A stretch of DNA of 64,000 nucleotides from Bacteroidota bacterium (GTDB lineage: Bacteria; Bacteroidota; Bacteroidia; Flavobacteriales; Flavobacteriaceae). A model generated the notes under the pieces. The model saw only the letters and a program-made list of their open reading frames with translations, was not told the origin of the DNA and ran no database searches. The position numbers and the translations under genes are program-made. Numbering within the stretch: the first letter of the stretch is position 1; each line of letters begins with the position of its first letter. Location of the stretch: positions 16,921-80,920 of the forward strand of contig JBCCKH010000019.1 of assembly GCA_039027495.1 (NCBI GenBank), given 5' to 3'. This document shows, in pieces, positions 46,440-56,933 of the stretch.

Positions 46440-47102
46440 CTAGTCTTTGCTGTTCCATTCGGCATAAAATTGGTCCAAAAACGAAAGCATATAATCGTGA
46501 CGCTTTTCAGCAATTCGTTTCGCGGTTTGGGTATGCATTTGGTCCTTTAACAGCAGTAGCTTTTCGTAAAAATGGTTGATGGTTGGCGCGTTGGATTTTT
46601 TGTATTCCGCCTTGCTCATGTTTAAATTCGGAGGAACATCTGGGTCGTACATTGATCGGTTTTTAAATCCACCATAGTTGAAGGTACGGGCAATTCCGAT
46701 GGCTCCAATAGCATCCAATCGGTCGGCATCTTGTACAATACACAGCTCTTTGGAGTCCAATGGAGACTTTCCATCCAAGGAATTCTTGAAGGACATATAA
46801 CGGATAATGTCACAAACATGGGTTATGGTAGGCTCATCAACTTGCTTTTCCGCAAGAAAGCGAGCTGCGATTTTCGGACCAAGGGTTTCATCCCCATTAT
46901 GGAATTTCGCATCGGCAATATCATGAAGCAGCGCTGCCAGCTGTACAACCATTTCATCCGCTTTTTCCTCTTTGGCCAAACGCAACGCTAAGCGATAGAC
47001 CCGTTGCGTATGAAACCAATCATGTCCACCTTCCGCATCGGATAGGGTTTCTTTTACGAATGTTTTGGTGGCTTCTATAAGCGCTTCAGAAGATTGGGTC
47101 AT
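46440..47102 (-). CDS. HD-domain phosphohydrolase
   Basis: GHDWFHTQRV, ALLHDIAD, VQDADRLDAIGAIG, HFYEKLL. Confidence 0.92.
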   Translation of the reverse strand: MTQSSEALIEATKTFVKETLSDAEGGHDWFHTQRVYRLALRLAKEEKADEMVVQLAALLHDIADAKFHNGDETLGPKIAARFLAEKQVDEPTITHVCDIIRYMSFKNSLDGKSPLDSKELCIVQDADRLDAIGAIGIARTFNYGGFKNRSMYDPDVPPNLNMSKAEYKKSNAPTINHFYEKLLLLKDQMHTQTAKRIAEKRHDYMLSFLDQFYAEWNSKD

Positions 47103-47839
47103 GCTCGTTGTACGCCTTTATGAATGATACTTTCCAATTGAGGAATAAGCCGTTCGGCATCCCCAGAATTGGGTATTGGCTCATGTACCTCGAATTTCAA
47201 ATGTGCCCCGATGCCCATGGGAAATTTTCCATATTTCAACAGTTTCCATGAGTTCTTGATACTTATGGGCACGATTAAAGCATTTGGGGCTTCTGTCAAC
47301 AAAACTTTCAGTCCGGTAGTATAGAACTTTTTCGGTTCTCCTGTTCGGCTTCTAGTGCCTTCGGGAAATATTACCGCCGAACGTTTGTGCTCTTCAATAT
47401 AATTTCCCAATTTTTTGAGTTGCTCAATGGATTGTTTCGGGTCTTTTCTGTCGATAAGTACCGACCCCCCATGGCGAAGGTTGAAAGAAACACTGGGAAG
47501 GCCTTTTCCCAACTCTATTTTGCTTACGAACTTCGGGTGATGCTTCTGCATATACCAAATAATCGGAGGGATGTCGTACATGCTCTGGTGATTCGAAACG
47601 ATAATCAAAGGAATGTTGGTTGGAATCTTATGTTTGTTGGTAAAGGTGTACCGTGTTCCCAACACGTTGGTACATCTCAAAATACTCCAATTGAGCCAAT
47701 CCACACTTTTTTTATGGGCCTGATATCCGAAAACATTGAACAAAAACCACTGTAGGGGATGAAACGCCAATAAGGTCAATCCGAAGACAATAAAAAACAG
47801 AATAGTAAGTGGGTATGCAAGTATTTTGGTCACGGTCAA
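47099..47839 (-). CDS. Lysophospholipid acyltransferase (PlsC-like)
   Basis: SNHQSMYDI, FPEGTRS. Start uncertain (TTG/GTG). Confidence 0.9.
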   Translation of the reverse strand: MTVTKILAYPLTILFFIVFGLTLLAFHPLQWFLFNVFGYQAHKKSVDWLNWSILRCTNVLGTRYTFTNKHKIPTNIPLIIVSNHQSMYDIPPIIWYMQKHHPKFVSKIELGKGLPSVSFNLRHGGSVLIDRKDPKQSIEQLKKLGNYIEEHKRSAVIFPEGTRSRTGEPKKFYTTGLKVLLTEAPNALIVPISIKNSWKLLKYGKFPMGIGAHLKFEVHEPIPNSGDAERLIPQLESIIHKGVQRA

Positions 47840-47870
47840 AAAAACTGAACAAAGGGTTAGGGTAAAAATA

Positions 47871-47895
47871 AAAAAACCACCGAAAGGGTGGTTTT
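47871..47895. terminator. Intrinsic terminator
   Basis: AAAAAACCACC-gaaa-GGGTGGTTTT downstream of brx. Confidence 0.7.
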
Positions 47896-47918
47896 ATCTT
47901 TTTCGATTTTATGGAAGT

Positions 47919-48329
47919 CTAGCAATGTTCGTTGTATGCTTCCATTAGATTTTCGGCGATAAGCTCTGCTGGTCTTCCTTCAATATGGTGGCGTTCAATC
48001 ATGTGGACCAACTCACCATCTTTGAACAGGGCCATACTGGGTGAAGAAGGAGGAAAAGGAACCATATGGTTACGTGCCACATCTACAGCTTCTTTATCAA
48101 CTCCAGCAAAAACAGTCACCAAATGATTGGGTGTTTTGCTGTTTTGCAAGCTAAGCTTTGCTCCAGGGCGGGCATTTGCAGCAGCGCAACCGCAAACGGA
48201 GTTTACCACAACCAATGTGGTACCTTCTTTCTTTAGGGCATCTTCAACCGCCGTTGCAGTATATAGTTCTTCGAATCCGGCAGTCGCCAAATCCGCTCTC
48301 ATAGGTTTTACTAACTCTTCGGGATACAT
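47919..48329 (-). CDS. BrxA/BrxB-family bacilliredoxin
   Basis: [33 protein letters not shown]. Confidence 0.93.
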   Translation of the reverse strand: MYPEELVKPMRADLATAGFEELYTATAVEDALKKEGTTLVVVNSVCGCAAANARPGAKLSLQNSKTPNHLVTVFAGVDKEAVDVARNHMVPFPPSSPSMALFKDGELVHMIERHHIEGRPAELIAENLMEAYNEHC

Positions 48330-48440
48330 AGTAATTCTTTATTTAATTGTCAAAGATACTGCTTTTGTCCCTTTTTCAAAGATGTAATCTTTCCGCAAAG
48401 AACATGGCCCTTAATGGATTATCTTTGTTTTCTTTTTTCT

Positions 48441-49178
48441 ATGATCAAATGGTTCGCCGCTTTTTTGGGGTATTTGTTCTTGCGCCTTCCTGGAGCGTTG
48501 CTTGGTTTTGTGGTGGGCAGCTTGGTCGATGGGTATCGTGAAAGTGGTTCTTCAGGGAGAACAATTTTTCGGGATTTGGGGCGGCAGGAGGTTTCTCCAG
48601 CAGATTTTGAATTGAACCTGTTGTCGCTTTGCTCCATTGTTATCAAGGCAGATGGCCAAGTCAGTCAAAGGGAGTTGGATTACGTGCGGCAATATTTTTT
48701 GTCGACCTATGGCAAGGAAAGGGCCAATGCAATTTTTCGGACGTTTAATGATGTCATTAAGAAAAGAGAGATTTCAGCGGCTCGCATTTCCACCTTTATG
48801 GCGCAGCGTACACGATATGAAGTTCGCTTGCAGCTACTGCACTTTTTGTTTGGGATTGCGCAGGCAGATGGCCAAGTAAGCCAAGCGGAGACCAATAAAC
48901 TCAGGGAAATTGCCGGGTACTTGCGCATTACTAAAAGTGACTTTGACAGTATCATGGCGATGTTTGTCAAATCTGCAGACAATGCTTATAAAATTTTGGA
49001 GATTGAAAAATCCGCTACCGACGATGAGGTCAAAAAAGCCTACCGCAAAATGGCCAAAAAGTATCATCCTGACCGAGTGGTTACCGAAAATGAGGCCATC
49101 AAAAAAGGAGCGGAGGAAAAGTTTAAAGAAGTGCAAAAGGCCTACGAAACCATTCAAAAGGAGCGGGGGATTCCGTAA
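48441..49178 (+). CDS. DjlA-like TerB plus DnaJ co-chaperone
   Basis: N-terminal [11 protein letters not shown] TerB domain, J-domain with YHPD. Start reassigned to MIKWF. Confidence 0.88.
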   Translation: MIKWFAAFLGYLFLRLPGALLGFVVGSLVDGYRESGSSGRTIFRDLGRQEVSPADFELNLLSLCSIVIKADGQVSQRELDYVRQYFLSTYGKERANAIFRTFNDVIKKREISAARISTFMAQRTRYEVRLQLLHFLFGIAQADGQVSQAETNKLREIAGYLRITKSDFDSIMAMFVKSADNAYKILEIEKSATDDEVKKAYRKMAKKYHPDRVVTENEAIKKGAEEKFKEVQKAYETIQKERGIP

Positions 49179-49208
49179 CTTGAGCTTCTTCACCTAACCT
49201 AGTATCGC

Positions 49209-49793
49209 ATGGAGCAATTTTGGTTTTATCTTGAATTGGGCTTAAACCACGTCCTCGACCCCAACGCTTACGATCATATTCTCTTTCTGGTTGCACTGGC
49301 CATCCCGTTTTCTTTTAAAGAATGGAAAAGTGTTTTGGTCCTCGCTACCATTTTTACGGTAGCGCATTGCCTCTCATTAGCCTTGTCTGTATACGAGGTT
49401 TTCACAGTTGATGTAGCATTAATTGAGTTTTTGATTCCGGTTACCATATTGCTAACGGCCCTGTTCAATGGAGTTTATGTAAAAAAGGGTACGATACCCT
49501 CCAATTTGTACCTTCATGGACTGGCCACCGCTTTCTTTGGTTTTGTACATGGTTTTGGTTTTTCCAATTATTTTAAGATGATGATGGCCGAAGAAGATGA
49601 CAAGGTTGTACCCCTGTTAGGTTTTGCGGCAGGCATTGAAATCTCTCAGGTAACAGTAATTCTAGCCTTGTTGGCCTTATCTTTTGTATTGACCCGAGGT
49701 TTCAAGTTAAAACCATCGTATGTTATCTTAGGTCTTTCCGCTTTGGTCATTTGCATTACAATACCCTTGCTGGTCAATACGTTTCCCATTTAA
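49209..49793 (+). CDS. HupE/UreJ-family membrane protein
   Basis: GLNHVLD..YDHILF, FTVAHCLSL, FGFVHGFGF, GIEISQ. Confidence 0.88.
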   Translation: MEQFWFYLELGLNHVLDPNAYDHILFLVALAIPFSFKEWKSVLVLATIFTVAHCLSLALSVYEVFTVDVALIEFLIPVTILLTALFNGVYVKKGTIPSNLYLHGLATAFFGFVHGFGFSNYFKMMMAEEDDKVVPLLGFAAGIEISQVTVILALLALSFVLTRGFKLKPSYVILGLSALVICITIPLLVNTFPI

Positions 49794-49876
49794 GGACTAC
49801 GTTAAATTTCATCGAATAAGGTTGTAGGATACCATCAAAGCGGGTATCTTAGATTTAACACAATGGCCCCAAAAGC

Positions 49877-50314
49877 ATGAATGAAACAAAACAGGAGAAA
49901 TACGACCGGGCTTATTTGCGAATGGCGCGAGAGTGGGGAAAGCTTTCACATTGCAAGCGAAAACAAGTTGGGGCAATCATCGTAAAAGACCGTATGATTA
50001 TTTCCGATGGGTACAATGGGACTCCTACAGGATTTGAAAACTATTGTGAGGACGAAGAGGGTTACACCAAATGGTATGTACTGCATGCTGAAGCCAATGC
50101 TATTTTAAAAGTGGCCTCCTCTACACAGTCTTGCCAAGGGGCAACACTTTATATAACCTTATCTCCTTGTCGCGAATGTAGCAAGCTTATTCACCAGTCT
50201 GGCATAAAACGTGTAGTTTATCAAACAGCTTATAAAGATGATTCTGGGCTTCGATTTTTAGAACGCGCAGGAGTTTTGATTGACCACCTGCCCATATTGG
50301 AAGAGTTGGCATGA
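49877..50314 (+). CDS. Deoxycytidylate deaminase
   Basis: DGYNGTP, HAEANA, SPCRECS. Confidence 0.93.
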   Translation: MNETKQEKYDRAYLRMAREWGKLSHCKRKQVGAIIVKDRMIISDGYNGTPTGFENYCEDEEGYTKWYVLHAEANAILKVASSTQSCQGATLYITLSPCRECSKLIHQSGIKRVVYQTAYKDDSGLRFLERAGVLIDHLPILEELA

Positions 50315-50326
50315 TGAAGAAAAAAA

Positions 50327-51958
50327 ATGGATAAGAAGTACAATTACATATGGCCAACACTTCTCGCTCTTGCTGTAGCGATTGGAATCTTCATAGGGGG
50401 CAAATTGCATTTTGACGACTCTCCAGAGAAGCTTTTTTCAACAAACTCAAAAAAAGACAAGCTCAATCGCCTTATCGATTACATCGACTATGAATATGTG
50501 GATGATATTGATACCGACAGTATTGTGGATGTAACCGTAAACAATATTTTGGGAAAACTCGACCCACATTCGGTATACATTCCCAAAAGTGAGATGGAGG
50601 AAGTTTCTGAAAGTATGAAGGGTGATTTTGTGGGTATTGGCATTAGTTTTTATATGTATCGCGATACCATCACAGTAATTCGCACCATAAAAAACGGTCC
50701 TAGCCATATCGCGGGAATCAAACCTGGAGATAGAATCCTCTTGGCGAACAAGGATACCCTTTTCGGAAAACGAATTCCCAACAATGAGGTGGTTTCAAAG
50801 CTGAAAGGAAAATCAGGGACCAAGGTTGAGCTGAATGTTTATCGGAAGGCTGAAAACAGAAAGTTTAGGGTTTCCGTACGTCGTGACAAAGTACCCATCA
50901 AAAGTGTGGAAGCATATTATATGCTGACCCGAGATATGGGGTATATCAAAATCAATCGTTTTGCGGAATCTACTTTTAAAGAATTCAAAGACGCCATTCG
51001 AAAATTGAAATTGCGGGGCGCGGGCAAACTAGTACTCGACCTGAGGGACAATCCAGGAGGGTATTTGGGCATCGCCGAAAAACTTGCTGATGAATTTTTG
51101 GAAGAAGACAAACTGATTCTTTTCACGAAGAACAAAAAAGGAAGGATAAAAAAAGCCTATGCTACCGATACCGGCGATTTCGAGGATAAACCCGTTTACG
51201 TACTCATCAATGAGCGGTCCGCATCGGCGAGCGAAATCATTGCAGGGGCATTGCAAGACAATGATATTGGCACCATCGTGGGAAGGCGTTCTTTTGGAAA
51301 AGGATTGGTGCAACGTGAAATGGATTTGGGAGACGGTTCAGCAGTGCGGTTGACGGTTTCCCGTTATTACACACCCACGGGACGCTCCATTCAAAAATCC
51401 TATAGAAAAGGCCATAAAGACTACTATCACGAATTCATGAACCGCTACAGTAGTGGCGAACTGGTTTCTGTGGATAGCATAAAAGTAGCAGACTCATTAA
51501 AGTTTAGAACCCCTAAAGGAAAAGTGGTCTATGGCGGAGGCGGAATCATTCCCGATGTGTTCGTGCCAATTGGCAGTAACGAGGAAGAAGCCATCGAAAG
51601 CATGGATGACACCTATGAGTTTTTCTCAAGATTTGCTTTTGAACACTTGGAAAAAGATCGTAAACAATATGCCCACTATTCCAAAAACGAGTTCTTGGAT
51701 AATTTTGTGGCCGACGATATTCTTTTTGATGAATTCATCCAGTTCGTGTTGAATCGCAAAATCAAGTTGGACTTTTATGCTTTTGAGGATAAAATCAAAG
51801 ATTACATTAAAGCAAACATCGCAGAGCAATTGTTCTCTCCAAACCTAGCTGCGCAAATCAAGGGCAAGCACGACACCATGCTCACGAAGGTTTTGGAGTT
51901 GGACACGGCTAAATCCCTTTATGATGGAGATGCAGAAGCCTTAGGACTAAAACATTAG
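50327..51958 (+). CDS. S41-family C-terminal processing peptidase
   Basis: LDPHS, PDZ domain, LDLRDNPGG, SASASEI, SFGKGLVQ. Confidence 0.95.
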   Translation: MDKKYNYIWPTLLALAVAIGIFIGGKLHFDDSPEKLFSTNSKKDKLNRLIDYIDYEYVDDIDTDSIVDVTVNNILGKLDPHSVYIPKSEMEEVSESMKGDFVGIGISFYMYRDTITVIRTIKNGPSHIAGIKPGDRILLANKDTLFGKRIPNNEVVSKLKGKSGTKVELNVYRKAENRKFRVSVRRDKVPIKSVEAYYMLTRDMGYIKINRFAESTFKEFKDAIRKLKLRGAGKLVLDLRDNPGGYLGIAEKLADEFLEEDKLILFTKNKKGRIKKAYATDTGDFEDKPVYVLINERSASASEIIAGALQDNDIGTIVGRRSFGKGLVQREMDLGDGSAVRLTVSRYYTPTGRSIQKSYRKGHKDYYHEFMNRYSSGELVSVDSIKVADSLKFRTPKGKVVYGGGGIIPDVFVPIGSNEEEAIESMDDTYEFFSRFAFEHLEKDRKQYAHYSKNEFLDNFVADDILFDEFIQFVLNRKIKLDFYAFEDKIKDYIKANIAEQLFSPNLAAQIKGKHDTMLTKVLELDTAKSLYDGDAEALGLKH

Positions 51959-52158
51959 TCTTCTTCCAATTTGTCCTTTATTTTCTTGGACGTCATAAAA
52001 ATCAGCAAGATAATAATGGCACAAAGTGATGCCACAATGCCAATAAGGGCTATTGTGCTATCGCCTTGAAATGGGTCGTCGAAGTCTACCATAGTAACAT
52101 TGTAGGCAATCAGGGCGAGGGCAAAAACAATCAAAACTATGGTGAAGGTCTTGTTCAT
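51955..52158 (-). CDS. Small two-TM membrane protein
   Basis: Two hydrophobic helices and a charged tail; fills the gap between convergent genes. Confidence 0.7.
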   Translation of the reverse strand: MNKTFTIVLIVFALALIAYNVTMVDFDDPFQGDSTIALIGIVASLCAIIILLIFMTSKKIKDKLEED

Positions 52159-52177
52159 GATTTCTTTACAAAAAGGA

Positions 52178-52750
52178 TTACAAGAGTTGGTTGATGTTGG
52201 TCGCGAATAACTTTACAGCGATGGCCAACAAAATCACCCCAAATACTTTTCGAATGATTCCCAACCCATTTTTGCCCAGCAATTTTTCAATCCGAGTGCT
52301 GGATTTTAGCACTAGGTAAACAAATATAATGTTTAGGATGATGGCTACCACAATGTTTTCCACGGCATACTCCGCTCTAAGGGACAAAATCGAGGTCATG
52401 GTTCCTGCTCCAGCAATTAGCGGAAAGGCAATGGGCACCACTGATGCGCTTTCCGGTTCTTCATCACGATATAGGCTAATGCCCAAAATCATTTCAATGG
52501 CCAAAAAGAAAATAACAAATGCTCCTGCTACTGCAAAGGAGTTGACATCAATGCCGATAAGCTGAAGAATACTTTCGCCCACGAATAAAAAAGCAACCAT
52601 TAAACTGGCAGCGACAATCGAAGCTTTTTCAGATTGAATGTGTCCAACCTTTTGTCGTAAACCAATGATGATGGGAATGCTTCCCAAGATATCAATTACC
52701 GCGAAAAGCACCATAGTTGCCGTAACAATTTCCTTACCGTTGAAGTTCAT
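52178..52750 (-). CDS. MarC-family protein
   Basis: LFAVIDILG, FAVAG, VPIAFPLIAGAG, KVFGVILLAIAV. Start reassigned to MNFNG. Confidence 0.92.
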   Translation of the reverse strand: MNFNGKEIVTATMVLFAVIDILGSIPIIIGLRQKVGHIQSEKASIVAASLMVAFLFVGESILQLIGIDVNSFAVAGAFVIFFLAIEMILGISLYRDEEPESASVVPIAFPLIAGAGTMTSILSLRAEYAVENIVVAIILNIIFVYLVLKSSTRIEKLLGKNGLGIIRKVFGVILLAIAVKLFATNINQLL

Positions 52751-52874
52751 TTCCAATTTCGATTTTAGCGTGGCAAATGTACTGCCAAATTGCACTCTTT
52801 TGCAACGGGAAAAGTCTTTCACAATACCAAAATCTTGAAGTATGGGTTATTTTTGTGTTATAAGTTCTGAATAG

Positions 52875-53447
52875 ATGTTCCAAATTGGTAAAACCATTGT
52901 TTCTGAAGATATTCTCGACCACGATTTTGTATGCAACTTAACAGCCTGCAAAGGCGCGTGTTGTGTGGAAGGAGCCTATGGGGCACCTTTGGAAGAGGAA
53001 GAGACCGCTATTTTGGAGAACATTGTGGATAAGGTTAAACCCTACCTAAGGCATGAAGGCGTATCGGCTTTGGAATCTCAAGGTGCTTTTGTAAAAGGAG
53101 AAGATGGGGAGTGGGAAACCCCTTTGGTAAATGGAGCGGAATGTGCGTACACTATTTTCGAAAAAGATGGTACCGCCAAATGTGGTATTGAAAAGGCCTA
53201 TAATGAGGGCGCAGTAACCTGGAAAAAACCGGTTTCCTGTCATTTGTATCCTGTACGAACAAGAGCCTATTCTGAATTTACCGCAGTCAACTATCACGAA
53301 TGGGAGATTTGTGACCCTGCCTGCTCTTTGGGAATGGAACTTAAAGTTCCGGTATATCGTTTTGTTAAGGAAGCGCTGATTCGAAAATTTGGAACGGAAT
53401 GGTATGCTGAGCTAGAGGAAGTGGTTGAAAACAGAACTAAATCGTAG
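52875..53447 (+). CDS. DUF3109-family Cys-rich protein
   Basis: FVCNLTACKGACC, KCGIE, KPVSCHLYP, CDPAC. Confidence 0.9.
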   Translation: MFQIGKTIVSEDILDHDFVCNLTACKGACCVEGAYGAPLEEEETAILENIVDKVKPYLRHEGVSALESQGAFVKGEDGEWETPLVNGAECAYTIFEKDGTAKCGIEKAYNEGAVTWKKPVSCHLYPVRTRAYSEFTAVNYHEWEICDPACSLGMELKVPVYRFVKEALIRKFGTEWYAELEEVVENRTKS

Positions 53448-55398
53448 GGATTTCCAAAATAACCTTGGTCCCTCTTGGAGTGGCATTATCGTCAAAAAGG
53501 TCAACGATATGCACATCAAAATTGTGGTGGTAATCCTTGGCGAAATTAGCCAATCGTTCTTTGGTGATACGAATACCTACCGACTTTCGCTTTAGCACCC
53601 TGTTTTCTTTGTTGGCTTCTGCCGCTGTACGCCCCACACCGTTATCCACGATTTCGATTTGAATATGACTGTCCGTTTTCTTTTTGATGTTTACGTGGAT
53701 TTCTTTTTCGCCTTCCTTCGGCGATAAACCGTGCCATAAAGAATTCTCCAAAAAGGGCTGAAGCGTTAGCGAAGGGACCTTGATGTTTTCAGGATTCACC
53801 TCTGGGTCTAAATCAATTTTGAAGTCTATTTCATTGGAGAACCGAATGTTTTCAATGTTCATGTACAATTCAACCGTTTCAAGTTCTTCGGCCAAAGTGA
53901 TTTCCCGAACCGAGGAAGCCTCCAGAATTTTACGTACCAACTTCGAAAATTTATTGAGGTAATGAACTGCATTTTTTTGCTCATTGTTTATGATATACAA
54001 CTTAATGGAGTTCAAAGAGTTGAATAAAAAATGAGGGTTCATCTGGCTACGCAACATGTTCTGCTCCAAAGACAAAACGCGTCTTTCGTTTTTGCTTTGG
54101 TATTGCCGATACAAAATGTAAAGGATGGATGAAATCAAGCCCACTACCAAGGCACTAACCAATAAGGTAGTTTGGTTCTTTTTAAGCCGTAAACGAACGA
54201 TTTCATTTTCCTTGGCCAACACAGAAATCTGATTCGTCTTTTTTTCAGCCTCGTAGCGAACGATAATATCCGTCATGTAGCGAAGGTTGGTAGCGCTTGA
54301 AATTTCTTTGTCGTAAGCGTCTGCCTTTTTGAAATGCTCGTAAGCCGCCTTGTAATTTCCCTGTACCCGTTCAAAATCAGAAAGTTTTTGATAGCCATAT
54401 ACCAAGTTGCTCGGCATATTGTGCGTACGTGCCATGTCAATTCCTTTTTGATAAAAGGATTTTGCCTTTTTGTAATCCCCCAACTCTGTGTGGGCCCAAC
54501 CTGTATTTATGAAAACGGAAGATGTCAAGAAATAATCGCCAAGGTTTTCTGCCAATTCTTGTACGGGTTCCAACAAAACCAAGGCCGCATAGGGCATCTC
54601 TTGTTTGAGATAGACTTGCGCTAGACTGTTTTTACAGATAACACGACCAAAATCCGAGTCAATTTCTTCGTTATAGGCCAAAGACTCGCGATAATTGTCC
54701 AAAGCACCTTCCAAATCCCCTTTTTGCTCCAAACACTTTCCAATATTTTGATGGTTGATGGCCAGTCCAAGTTTATTGTCCAGTTGTTTTTCAAATTTCA
54801 AGGCCCGTTTGAATTGGGTTATGGCCAGGTCGTACTGCCCCAATTTTTCATAAAGGTTGCCAATGGCATTCAAGGAAATATTGACATGCCTTTTGATATG
54901 ATGCGAGGGATTTTCAACATTTTCCGCAAGTTCAAGTGCTCTTTGATGGTGGTCCAATCCTGTTTTGATGGCGTCGGTCCTTTGATAAACCACTCCGAGC
55001 ATATTAAGGCTTAGTACTTTGAATTCGGTATTGTTGATTTGCTCTGAAATGGCTAGCGCTTCGCTATGCAAATCAGCGGCCTTTTTGAATTGTGATGTAT
55101 TGCGATATCGGGAACCCAACTGATTGAGCGCATATGCCAAACCTTCTGAATATTCTTCCTGTTTGCATTGGTCCGCAAAATATCGGATAAGTGCGGTATC
55201 GCGTCTGTGGTTTCGTAGATTTTCATCAATTGGGCCATAGGTCCTTGCGCGAAAGTTGATGACTTTTTCTACTTTCTCTTTGAATTTATCTGGGATTTCT
55301 TGTGCGCTCAAGAAAAGCGGTGTACAAAATAAAAGTACGACAGCACACAAAGCAGGTCGTGGGGTAGTTTTGGTTTTGATCAACAAAAATGTAAGCAC
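53437..55398 (-). CDS. TPR-repeat LytS-type sensor histidine kinase
   Basis: Signal peptide, TPRs, one TM, LRSQMNPHFLFNSLNSI, ELYMNIE, QPFLENSLWHG. Start uncertain. Confidence 0.92.
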   Translation of the reverse strand: MLTFLLIKTKTTPRPALCAVVLLFCTPLFLSAQEIPDKFKEKVEKVINFRARTYGPIDENLRNHRRDTALIRYFADQCKQEEYSEGLAYALNQLGSRYRNTSQFKKAADLHSEALAISEQINNTEFKVLSLNMLGVVYQRTDAIKTGLDHHQRALELAENVENPSHHIKRHVNISLNAIGNLYEKLGQYDLAITQFKRALKFEKQLDNKLGLAINHQNIGKCLEQKGDLEGALDNYRESLAYNEEIDSDFGRVICKNSLAQVYLKQEMPYAALVLLEPVQELAENLGDYFLTSSVFINTGWAHTELGDYKKAKSFYQKGIDMARTHNMPSNLVYGYQKLSDFERVQGNYKAAYEHFKKADAYDKEISSATNLRYMTDIIVRYEAEKKTNQISVLAKENEIVRLRLKKNQTTLLVSALVVGLISSILYILYRQYQSKNERRVLSLEQNMLRSQMNPHFLFNSLNSIKLYIINNEQKNAVHYLNKFSKLVRKILEASSVREITLAEELETVELYMNIENIRFSNEIDFKIDLDPEVNPENIKVPSLTLQPFLENSLWHGLSPKEGEKEIHVNIKKKTDSHIQIEIVDNGVGRTAAEANKENRVLKRKSVGIRITKERLANFAKDYHHNFDVHIVDLFDDNATPRGTKVILEIPTI

Positions 55399-55412
55399 GC
55401 TTTAACTACATA

Positions 55413-56147
55413 TTACAGCATATCCAAAAAGTCGGATTTTTTTTGCCGTGAGACAGGTATTTTGTGATTTGATTCCAAAACAACGTACCCATCGGTTTTT
55501 AGAAACTCCTTAATCTTGTTGAGGTTGATGATATATGAATTGTGTATTCTGAAAAAACTGCGTTCTGGTAAAATTGCGTTGACCTCTTTCAACTTTTTGG
55601 TAAGCAATATTTTTTGCCCATCACTTAAAAACAATGTACTGTAATTGCCATCTGATTCTGCATATAAGATATCCTCATTATTCAAAAAAAGCAATTTGCC
55701 ATCGGTGTTGATGGTTATTTTCTTTTTGGAAGACTCCGCGTTGAAGTTCAAAAGTATCTTTTCAAGCTTTTCGGCAGTATAATTCTTGGCGTTGAATTTT
55801 TTGATTTTGTCAATGGTCAATTCTAAGTCATCCGTATCAATAGGTTTGAGCAAATAATCAATAGCCTCGTTTTTCAGGGCTTGAAGGGCGTATTGATTAT
55901 AAGCTGTTGTGATTACCACAGGAAAATCCTTGTTTTTAAGATTCTTTATAAACTGAAAACCATCCATAGCCGGCATCTCTATATCCAGAAACAAACAGTC
56001 GGGCGTATTGGCTTCCAAATAACGTAGTGCTTCATGGGCATCTGTAAAGGATGCAATGATATCCACCTCGTCACTTAAATTGGTCAATTCCCAACTGAGA
56101 CTCTGCAGAGCTTTTACCTCATCGTCAACAATTACGGCTTCTAACAT
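55413..56147 (-). CDS. LytTR-family response regulator
   Basis: IVDDE, FLDIEMP, DYLLKP, AESDGNYS, FFRIHNSY. Start reassigned to MLEAV. Confidence 0.95.
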   Translation of the reverse strand: MLEAVIVDDEVKALQSLSWELTNLSDEVDIIASFTDAHEALRYLEANTPDCLFLDIEMPAMDGFQFIKNLKNKDFPVVITTAYNQYALQALKNEAIDYLLKPIDTDDLELTIDKIKKFNAKNYTAEKLEKILLNFNAESSKKKITINTDGKLLFLNNEDILYAESDGNYSTLFLSDGQKILLTKKLKEVNAILPERSFFRIHNSYIINLNKIKEFLKTDGYVVLESNHKIPVSRQKKSDFLDML

Positions 56148-56933
56148 GTACGGGGTTATTACTGTAATCAAAAATAGGATTATTTGCCAAATCGAATTCA
56201 AAAGATGTGCTGATGGCAAGATTACGGGTACAAATGGGCAAAATCGTTGCATAGAGCGTCTTGTGGCAATTTTCTCTAGCGAAACCATCTTTTTCCCACA
56301 GCACGCCCCAATTTTTTCAAGCGTAAACCATTTATACAGTAAAAACGACCGATTACACATCGAGGCATGATTTCAAAAAAAGGGTTGATTAGTTTCACCT
56401 TAGCAACGTGATATGTTGAATTCCAGTCAACAGAATGACTGATAAAAATAACGTTGCCCTTCATGCACAAGTTCATCGAAAAGTATTGATATAACCATAA
56501 ACGTACGGCCAGAGCAACCAACCTCTATGTTTAGAAATCGCTTGCACAAACATTCTTGCTGTTCTATGGCGTCTTTGCGACTTTGGATTTTGGGGGAACT
56601 ATCCAAGGACAAAATGTACCCAAAGGCATTGTAAGACGGCCGTACCGTTTAGGTTAATCACATTTGGCTTTCCAAACGGCCATTTTTTATATCGGTAAAT
56701 TTCCACTCTTCAATTTTCTTGTTTAACCTATGCTAAAAAGTCTAGGGAAATAGAATCTTGCTTAAACCCAATGATTATACCTTGCGAACCTAGATTTCAA
56801 CAAGTTGTGTTAAAAACTTTGAGATTGAAATGCTGAAACAAACTTTAGTTTTCGCGTTCATTTTTAAATCTTTGTTAGCCCTACCCTTGGGTATTTGTTT
56901 TTCCTCTTTTAATCAGCACACACACGAAACACT

